A stretch of 64,000 nucleotides of DNA from Podarcis pityusensis. Its lineage: Eukaryota. Where the stretch lies: assembly GCA_964106645.2 (NCBI GenBank), contig OZ067040.1; one strand, written 5' to 3'. How positions within the stretch are numbered: position 1 is the stretch's first letter; each line of letters opens with the position of its first letter. Below are positions 1 through 8,380 of the stretch, one piece after another. The notes beneath the pieces were generated by a model. The model did no database searches and was not told the DNA's origin. It saw nothing but the letters and a program-made list of their open reading frames with translations. Position numbers and translations under genes: made by a program.

Positions 1-415
1 TGTTTTATCAGTCTATATTTACATCCATAAAATTTGCAACTAATGATCTCACCCCAAAGGCTGCTCTACATATTAGGGCTACTCCTAGAGGGCACTTAGA
101 AAGGCCTCTGCTTATGTTACATACATACATGTTTAGGAAGCAAAGAACCAACAGCTGCACTAGCATGAACTTTTTGAAATGGGAATGCAAGATAAAGTTC
201 CTTGGTCATTTCCTAAGTGTTCTATGATTGCAGTTAATCCTTATTATATTTTACACTACCCTTCCTCTGAGAGGAGCTCAGGGCTGAGTACCACATACAC
301 TAACTGCAAATGAACAGTAATACAGCATTAAGAGAATCTGACAACTATAGCAGGTGAGGCATATTGGGTTAATAAAAACAGTCACTATTCTGTAGGGCCT
401 AGGATAAACAGGCAC

Positions 416-424
416 ATAATAATG

Positions 425-465
<41 letters not shown>

Positions 466-858
466 TTATTTGTACCCCGCCAATCTGGCTGGGTTTCCCC
501 AGCCACTCTGGGTGGCTTCCATAGAAACCAAAAACACTAAAATATCATACATTAAAAACTTCCCTGAACAGGGCTGCCTTAAGATGTCTTCTGAATGTCA
601 GGTAGTTGTTTATCGTTTTGACATCTGATGGGAGGGCGTTCCACAGGGCGGGCACCACTACCGAGAAGGCCCTCTGCCTGGTTCCCTGTAGCTTTGCTTC
701 TCGCAATGAGGGAACCGCCAGAAGGCCCTCGGCGCTGGATCTCAGCGTCCAGGCAGAATGATGGGGGTGGAGACGCTCCTTCAGGTATACTGGACCGAGG
801 CCGTTTAGGGCTTTAAAGGTCAACACCAGCACTTTGAATTGTGCTCGGAAACGTACTG
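416..858 (-). mobile_element. L2-clade LINE, 5'-truncated 3' end with (TTA)n tail
   Basis: ORF 545-832(-) KALNGLGPVYL..LRSS..RAFSVVVPALWNALP..FRRHLKAALF is an L2 ORF2 C-terminus; followed by the 3'UTR stem-loop and AATAAAT(TAT)n at 416-470. Confidence 0.9.
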
Positions 859-1104
859 AAAAGATGCCAGAATACTGGCACCGTGTGTGGCAAATGAATC
901 TCTATGACAGGGATGGGGAACCTGACCTCAATAGGCAACAATGACAGGTGGGCAGGGACACCCTGTTAACCACCTAACATCATTATTGTATTCAGTCATA
1001 AGACTGTGCCACTGAGCTCATACATTCATACATATATACATACATAAAAAAGTTCAAGGCTACAGAAAAGTATCAGAGCTGTTAAGAACCACCTATCCAC
1101 TACA

Positions 1105-1350
1105 CAGTCATACCTTGGGTTGAAGTAGCTTTGGGTTGAGCATTTTAGGGTTGCGCTCCATGGCGACCCGGAAGTAACGGAATGCGTTACTTCCGGGTTT
1201 TGCCGCTCACGCAGACAATCAAAATGATGTCATGCACATGCGCGGAAGTGGCGAACCACGACCTGCGCACGCGCAGACGTGGGTTGCGTTCACTTCAGGA
1301 TGCAAACGGGGCTCTGAAACAGATCCTGTTTGCATCCAGAGGTACCACTG
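1105..1350. mobile_element. Tc1/mariner (Tigger/pogo-like) MITE
   Basis: Termini CAGTCATACCTT...AGGTACCACTG followed by TA; same terminus type as 30048-30280 and 39529-39755. Confidence 0.75.
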
Positions 1351-1353
1351 TAC

Positions 1354-1485
1354 CAGCCTTTCTCAACTCTGGGTCCCTAGATGTTGTTACTACAACTCCC
1401 ATCATTCCTAGCCAGCATGGCTAGTGGACAGGGATTATGGGAGTTGTAGTTCAAGAACATATGGACCCAAGGTTGAGAAATCCCG
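1354..1485. mobile_element. Palindromic hAT-type MITE (ACTACAACTCCCATCA...TGGGAGTTGTAGT core)
   Basis: Inverted arms TTTCTCAAC..GGGTCC / GGACCC..GTTGAGAAA; related copies elsewhere in the window. Confidence 0.75.
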
Positions 1486-1600
1486 CAGTATACTGAAGCA
1501 GTATTTAAGAGCGATACACAAGAAAATTAAAATTGGCGACATCTGTCTGCAGACGAAGTGCTGACCTAACAAATGCCTTTGGTGCGATCAACATCTACTT

Positions 1601-1843
1601 CAGGGGTAGGCAACCTAAAGCCCGGGGGCCGGATGCGGCCCAATCGCCTTCTCAGTCCGGCCCGCGGATGATCCGGGAATCAGCGTGTTTTTACATGAGT
1701 AGAATGTATCTTTTTATTTAAAATGCATCTCTGGGTTATTTGTGGTGCATAGGAATTTGTTCATCCCCCTCCCAAATAGTCCGGCCCACCACATGGTCTG
1801 AGGGATGGTGGACCGGCCCACAGCTGAAAAGGTTGCCGACCCG
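1601..1843. mobile_element. hAT (Charlie-like) MITE
   Basis: TIR CAGGGGTAGGCAACCT ... AGGTTGCCGACCC; repeated subterminal CCGGCCC motifs. Confidence 0.75.
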
Positions 1844-2017
1844 TTTTACCTGGTCCAATGTGGCTCAACTACTCCCCTCCCAATTCACTCTGAGCCACGG
1901 TTATCCTTTAGTAAGGGAAGGATATGGCACATGGGATGGATTCATATAAGTATTATAACATATAACCATAAAAATGATCCATCCAACACTATTTAATAAT
2001 TACCTTCCTAAGAATAT

Positions 2018-2072
2018 ATATAAAAAATAAAAAATCTGACTGCATCAGACGAACACGGATACCTACCTGAAT
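2018..2072 (+). mobile_element. Tiny Penelope-like terminal fragment
   Basis: GACTGCATCAGACGAACACGGATACCTACCTGAAT matches the end of the 3368-3556 insert; flanked by 14-bp direct repeat CTTCCTAAGAATAT (2004-2017, 2073-2086). Confidence 0.6.
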
Positions 2073-2501
2073 CTTCCTAAGAATATGCAGTGAAATCTCT
2101 AATAAACACTCCAACCAGCTTTTCAAACTAGTAGCTCTCTATACATCTTATGAAATTGGATCTTGTTAATTTTGCGCAGCAAGGTATTACAGCCCGTAAA
2201 AATTAGTTGAAATATTAGCGAATTACTTCAGAGGGTTTACCACAATGACCAGTTTGGGGTTTTACATAGTCAGCCTTGGAAATCCCCATTCTTGAGTCAT
2301 TTAATCAAATATTCCAAATTTGTCCAGTCTACCGTGGCACCTCTTGTAGGTGAGACACAGTGATAATTATTCCCAGTCATTATGAGGTGTTCTGAGCAGG
2401 CTGTTTGGATGTCTCAGAGAAGACACCTTCATGAGCCAGGAATACAGGTTCAACCTTCAACTGCAGTGTACCAAGTCAGCAGAACCACAAGTATTTCTCA
2501 C

Positions 2502-2642
2502 CTCGTCTGTAGCACCTTTGTTCCTTTTGAAGTCTTCCCTTGCCCAGTCCCTGAGGTAATGGCGATCAGCTTCATTAGGCACCTGACGAACAGCCTTCAA
2601 AATTTTTCTATACAACTGAAGGACCTGCTGCCTTCTCAAGAA
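2502..2642 (-). CDS. LYRM2: LYR motif-containing protein 2, coding exon 2
   Basis: FLRRQQVLQLYRKILKAVRQVPNEADRHYLRDWAREDFKRNKGATDE; LYR motif; ttgcag acceptor and GTGAGA donor; 141 nt, phase 0/0. Confidence 0.95.
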
Positions 2643-3367
2643 CTGCAAGGTATCAAGAAAAATAAAGGATGACCCTTTTACTGTTTGCACGATCTAGTGT
2701 TGATCATGTGCTCACAGCCTCATGGAAAGGTGTCTTAAACCGAGTCAGGTGACTGATAAAACTTTTGTATTCGTTGTCTATTCCAGGGATGTCAACCTGT
2801 GGCATGCTAGCTGGAGTTGTTGGCAGAGTCCAAAAACATCAGGAGGGTGACATGTTCCACCCTTCATCTGCTCTGAATGTCAGATGCTCTCTAGATCTCA
2901 AGTAGAGAGATCCTTTTAACTGGAGTCTGAACCTATGTATATAACCTATGGATGTAGTAATCCCACTACGGGGTCCATCTGCTTTCTGCTGCAAACCACA
3001 GTCTATAAATCAGTTATTCTAACTAGCGCCCTCCCATGCTGTTCCATTTACGGTCATCTATAAAATCACTCCAAAAGTAGAATAAAGGTAACCTTGAGTT
3101 TTAAAACATTTGACAGGATCCTAACAATGATTCAAACACTGCAATGAAGAGGCCCATGTGCAACACAAATCACCACTTACTACACTATGAAAGAAAAATA
3201 GTTATTTTCTGTAATTCAAAACAAATAAATCTTTAAATGAAAAAAGACGGAAGATATGTGAATACATTAATGCGTTCACATGTAAAACGCAATGTTTTCC
3301 AAACTACCAGTTACCATACATCCACTATTGCCCATTCATTTATAAATTGTCTCACTTAAAATATTAA

Positions 3368-3556
3368 TTTTAAAAATTTAAGAAATTGTCCAGTAGCACC
3401 TTATAGACCAACTAAGTTGTTCTGGTATAAGCTTTTGTGTGCAGGTATCTGAAGGCATCTGAAGACGTGTGAAAAAACTTAGTTGGTCTATAAGGTGCTA
3501 CTGGACATTCCTCCCTCCCCCGACTGCATCAGACCAACACAGCTACCTACCTGAAT
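3368..3556. mobile_element. Penelope-like element remnant with inverted terminal repeat
   Basis: Perfect 32-bp inverted repeat 3387-3418/3476-3507; 12-bp flanking direct repeat TTAAAATATTAA (3356-3367, 3557-3568); CTGAAGA..GAAA remnant. Confidence 0.65.
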
Positions 3557-4899
3557 TTAAAATATTAAGTTAAAAAGCTCAGATGCAAAACACACAATGC
3601 CACAGGTAAAGCACTCATCTGCGTAAGATTTCCGCAAGTACCACTGTCCCATTTACATGCAGAGTGTAAATGCCTGAGTTATGGACCTGTGACAAGCTTG
3701 TGCTACACATGAATGGCCAAACTCATGTGGAGCACATGTTTATAAGGGCAAGCACTTGTTCCCATCTTTGCAAGGTCTGCTAGCAAAGCAGAGATGAGGC
3801 CTTGTTTACCCAGAAAGTTCTATCAGTTCAACTCGTGTTAATTCCTCTGCTATTCACAGCAACCAGAATGCTAAAATTCTGCAGGAGTACAAACTCCTTT
3901 TCGAAAAGAAAAGAAACCTAAGTTCTTGATTTTTTTTTCATAGAACAAAAATATAGGTTGCTTTTCTATTTCCTACACTCTTGCCCTGTCCACTACAGAG
4001 GGTAGGGCAGTAAAAAAATGTAAGAAGTGGATCCAAGAACAATTCTAGGACATCACCTGCTCATCATCCCCTCCTGGGTCAAAAAGCAGTAAAGGTATAT
4101 GTTCCATCACCTAAAATGTGAAGAAACAGGACAGAAGCAAGCATGCCTATCCAAATAACCCCTAGATGCTATTGCTAAATGCTATTGCTCAGACGAATAT
4201 AAATGCAGCCTTAATGGGGTCCCCATCACTCCTGCGAAGGGTGAACATAAACATGCCATATACAAACTATACTATTTACACCAACTTTCCTTTTCCTGCG
4301 GAAAATCAGCTGGCAAAGCTTTTCCTCAGCATGCAAATGCTAAGGTGAAAGCAGCTCGAGGAAAAGAGGATAGAGGCTGGAGAAGGAACAGTGGGGTGGT
4401 GAGATGTCCTTTTCCCACCTTTGGGACCCCCTGGGCAACCTGGAACTGGGTGTGGAGAGCGTTGTCCGACTGCTAAAAGGGACATCCTGAGGAAGCCGCT
4501 CCCACCTGCCCACAAAAGCAAGCCCAGACTGAAAAGCTCGGGTGCTGCCAGGAGTTTCTAGGATCCTTCCTCTTCCCGGAATTTTTGCGGAAGAGCTGCG
4601 AGTTTATTTGGGCTCTGGGTGAGAGGCGTGGGAAGGAGAAGGAACCAATCCCGATTTATGTATTAGCAGTAATGTTGTAGTTATGTCATATGCAACTGCT
4701 TGTTGTTGTTTTTTTAAAAAAAACTGGTTACAGTATCGCTTAAGTTGCTGCTATAGCTTCCGTTTCTTGTTCACAACTTTACATTTTTAAATTAAGCGGT
4801 ATAGAAATGGAATTAGTAATAGAAATAATCAACAGGAATGGCTACGCCCCTGACCTAAAGGTAGCAAAGCCATTACAGTATTGCCTGCTGCTGCTGTCC

Positions 4900-5470
4900 C
4901 CCGACCCTGCAGTCTCCTCCAATGCCCGGTCGCCAAGCCTAGACCCTGCTCTTGCCTCGCCGAGGAAAGGGCGAAGAGTCGCCTCGCTGGTGGGCACCTG
5001 CCTTCCCTTCCCTCTCTACCTGCTTCAGAGTGAGCGCCGTCGGGGGCAGCCGGGACGACGCCATGACTGAGGGGCGCGCGCGCGCGCGCTTCGCTTCGGC
5101 GTGGTTCTTCCTTCTCTGCGCTCTGCCGAGGCGCGTCAGAGGAAAGGGAAGCGGAGGCTCTCCCTTCCCCGCCCGGCGTCTCTCTCCAGGCTCTTGGGAA
5201 GAACGAGGTTGCGGCGCCGGGCAGCTCCGCGAGGAGGGAAAGAAAAACTCTGCTTTTGCGCGGCGAGCGGCTCAGCAGGCCACCCTTCGCGCAGGGTTGC
5301 AAGAGAGAAGCGCGCGCACTTTGCCGATATTTGGAAAGGACGGCGCAGGGTGGGCCGAGAGCGGCTCCTCCTCTGAAAACTGAAGGGCGGAACGGACTCC
5401 TGCAGCCTCGCCGACGAAGCAGCCCTTCCGGCCAGAGCTAAGCGGAGCCCAAGTAAAGGGCCCGAGAGAG
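4900..5470 (-). promoter_or_regulatory. CpG-island promoter of LYRM2
   Basis: Dense CpG/GC-rich stretch around exon 1; GC boxes (5167-5174, 5385-5390), ETS core CCGGAAG (5425-5431, minus), (GC)8 at 5074-5089. Confidence 0.85.
5020..5064 (-). CDS. LYRM2: LYR motif-containing protein 2, coding exon 1
   Basis: ATG GCG TCG TCC CGG = MASSRLPPTALTLKQ, then CAG|GTAGAG donor; matches the LYRM2 N-terminus; in phase with exon 2. Confidence 0.93.
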
Positions 5471-7330
5471 GGCTTTGAAAGAGTTTTACTCTTTCATGGC
5501 AGCGTCAAGCACAACGGCGATTGCTCCAAGCACCTTTTTAACCTCGTTAGATTTACATCTGCCTTCATCCACCTTTCAACAAACGTTCCCCACAAAGACT
5601 CAAATAAGTGATTTATTTGCAAATCACTTTGCATATAAGTGGAATATTTACTCACAGATTCCAGAAGCTGCAACGAAACAAGCCCTCCGTCAGCTGGCAG
5701 TGAAACAAACGACCCAAGAAGGCAAAGAACTTCGTTTCCTTACAAATAAGCATCGTGTATGTATAGCACAGGTGCAGGCTTTTCAAATCTGCCTTTTGGA
5801 GAGATCCAGTTCACCTGCAGGATCAGCTGAGCTGGGAGCCAAAGCCACATGACTCCTCCTCCTCTTGCTCCAGGAAGAGAACACACAAACACAGAGAGAG
5901 AAAGGGAGGGGGGAAGCAGAAGCTACTGTGAGCCTGCTAAGCCCCAACCTGAGCTCTGGTTAACCCTCATGCAACTAGCTTTATGTATATTACAACAAAA
6001 AAGTACTTTCTACAGGTTCAGAGGTACACATGTAAGTGCATAAGGTCCAAGGCTAAGTATTGCAGTTAAGGTGACATAGGCCTGTGCCTGAGAGCAAGCT
6101 TGAAGTTCTAACTCTGGTGACATCACTAGTGGCCCTTTTTAATCAGTGAAAGACTGCTTCCATCAGAAGTTAAACAGCTTTAACAGTACAGAGATATTCT
6201 TTACCCTATTGCAACACAACTGAACTTGTTAAAGTAGGAATAAAAGGCATCTTCCTATTTTTTAACATCCTTTGGAGAAAGCCCAAACATTGATACACAT
6301 TTTTGCATCATTTAGGTTTTGATAATAGTGCTATGTAACTTCTATTCAAAACTTTTTTTAAAAAAATAGCAGTTATTTGTATTTGCTGATAGTAAATTGT
6401 TTAATCAAAATTAACGCAGAAGTTGCTAAGTATGAATTTGGAGCATGATTTATCAACTCCTTTCCTACAACTTTGTTTTTCTTTGATAAATCGAGGAAGG
6501 TTGAGGGGGAGGGACTAATCCAAAGGAAAAATTGGGCATAAATATCACATCATTTGAGCATCTTTCACTCCTTTCACTTTGGACGTTTCATATGAGCTTT
6601 CCCTTGCTGCCCAATTTTAGCACTGCTGATTCTATTATCTAATTAGGGTTTCTCAGTTCTGCATCAACAATCAATATTTGGCTTGCAATGCCAGCATTTT
6701 ATCAAGCTTCTTATGCTATTAATCTCATGTATTTTTTCCCTGTAATGCTTAAATTCTAAGTGAATGTGTCCGAAGACTCGTCCTTAAACATTAAATATTC
6801 TGTGTGGTTATCCAAAGGGGCTAACTTAAGTCACCCCTCAATGTGACAGTTGTTTACAGAGAAAACTATGGTGACAAAATTAACTGTCAAAACATAGAAA
6901 TCAGGCTTGGATTTGCCCTCTGAACAGAGCAAAACAAAGGGCTCCGGGTCATCCATGTAGCTTTCAAAATTATTTTCTCCAAGAAGGCCTTAAGTGCGTC
7001 TTTCAGGAAAACGTCATCAGCCCAAGCTCTTGTCCAGCTTCGTTTCCCTGGAGCTGGAGACAAATGCATGGAGCTCTTTGACAAATGCATAGCAACAATG
7101 GCTGGCTTTTTTCTTTTTAGGTCTTCTATTATTGTTTCCCTGGTACTGAATTCCTTCTTTATCTTCTGTAGAGAGAGAAGGGCAAATTCCAAGAGGCCTT
7201 GTGATCAATCAATGGACCCATCTTTGTCCATTCTGGAAAGAAGCTGGAGAAATCTGCATCTGATGGTGAACACGTTTCTTTTATGGGCTGTGCAAGCAAA
7301 GCACACGTCATGTGATGAGTGCTTTTACCT
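5230..7330 (-). pseudogene. Highly decayed hAT-superfamily transposase (ZNF862/C17orf113-like) fossil
   Basis: Motifs in the correct order across frameshifts and stops: MTCAL(C)TAHKRNVFTIRC (~7311-7256), DHKAS (7192-7206), FLKDAL..SPLFC (~7010-6930), TSDGSS (SDG 6159-6167), LELQACSQA (6085-6111), VMWLW..NW (5853-5806), KFFAF (5718-5732), FPNIGKV..P.....C (5337-5275). Confidence 0.6.
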
Positions 7331-7485
7331 GGAAGGGGTGGGGAGGAAGCAGACCTGAGGTCACAGTAGCGCAGGAAGGTCAGGCCCACTCAAGACCAAT
7401 TCTATTAAGTTCCCAAGATTCTTAATATAGAATCTTAATATTCCAACAAATAATGGACACCACAATTACAAACAGCAAAACATTG

Positions 7486-7491
7486 TTTATT
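7486..7491 (-). terminator. MDN1 polyadenylation signal
   Basis: AATAAA (minus) ~700 nt after the stop, followed by a GU/U-rich downstream tract (TTTTGCTGTTTGTAATTGTGGTGT). Confidence 0.75.
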
Positions 7492-8191
7492 AGTAATCAC
7501 GACTGATGCATAGCTTTTGCAATGAAAAAAGTTGGGGGGGGCAGGGAATAGGAGATGACAGAAAGAGCCTTGGGCATGCTTTCAGGATACTAAAATGTGT
7601 TTATCACTATTTCCCTTGAACAGAGGGCAAAGTTCACAGTGTAAAATGATAACGCGGAGTCTTTCTCTAAAAAAACTACTCTTCCAGCATTATCATAAAA
7701 CCAGCAACTGTTCAGCGACAGTTTCAAGTATTCAAGTAGGATTTGTGGTGGTTGTGGGTTTTTTTGGTTGTGTAAAATTCAACCCTTCCTCGAAACACAG
7801 GGTCCCACTAACACATGTGACCCAAAACAGACAAGTATTCTTTAATTATGGTTAATCATTCTAGTTGCAACTTCCTCTCAGAAGGAAACTAGTTTCTTAC
7901 TACTACAGAAAATAGTCTTGGGAGCCACTTATTTCTTAGTGGTACAGAAATAAGAATAAATTATACAAAGAGTAAAAAAAAAAGGAGATGGTTTTCCACT
8001 GTTTTCAGATATAGGCAAGAAAGTGAGCAGTCTGTTAGTTCATCACCGTTTGCATAGTCTCCTGCACTGTTAAGGGGAAAAATGCATGTTATGTTAGTGT
8101 GTAATTTCTGGCCCGTCTGAACAGCAACTCAAATTTGCTGACGACCTTTGCCATTAACTGGTAACCATGTGTTCACATGACCTGCCAAATT

Positions 8192-8380
8192 TTACATGTT
8201 GTCTGAACCAGTCACCAGTTCAAACCACTGCCTCAGTGCGTCACTGAGGGTCTCTGGGAGGGCATTCACATCTCTCAGAATGATGTAGAAAGGAAAGGGA
8301 AATTCCTCCATGTATGACCTGATTTCTGGCAATTCCCCTGGGCCTTTGAACACAGGTACTTTAATGTCCAAGATGGAATC
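8192..8380 (-). CDS. MDN1: MDN1 exon 66/66 (terminal)
   Basis: DSILDIKVPVFKGPGELPEIRSYMEEFPFPFY...QWFELVTGSDNM*; TAA at 8192-8194. Confidence 0.95.
   Translation of the reverse strand, partial: DSILDIKVPVFKGPGELPEIRSYMEEFPFPFYIILRDVNALPETLSDALRQWFELVTGSDNM

Noticed and set aside
422-628. ORF beginning with poly-Ile
   Set aside because: Translation of the (ATA)n L2 tail on the antisense strand.
1-2500. LYRM2 terminal exon 3 (expected ~DxIRMMITQG...)
   Set aside because: No matching sequence found by eye; it probably lies left of position 1.
4807-5441. Several overlapping 60-157 aa ORFs
   Set aside because: Stop-poor GC-rich CpG-island artefacts; the only real coding part is the 45-nt LYRM2 exon 1.
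5475-5852. 125-aa plus-strand ORF as a divergent gene
   Set aside because: No recognisable protein; better explained as the antisense shadow of the transposase fossil.
6660-6745. KKYMRLIA*EA**NAG as the hAT GSDGA motif
   Set aside because: Weak; a much better TSDGSS lies at ~6150-6170 in the correct order with later motifs.
6887-7389. ORFs 6887-7192, 7159-7389 and 7068-7358 as intact small genes
   Set aside because: Frameshifted pieces (or antisense shadow) of the decayed transposase, with an in-frame TGA at 7205-7207.
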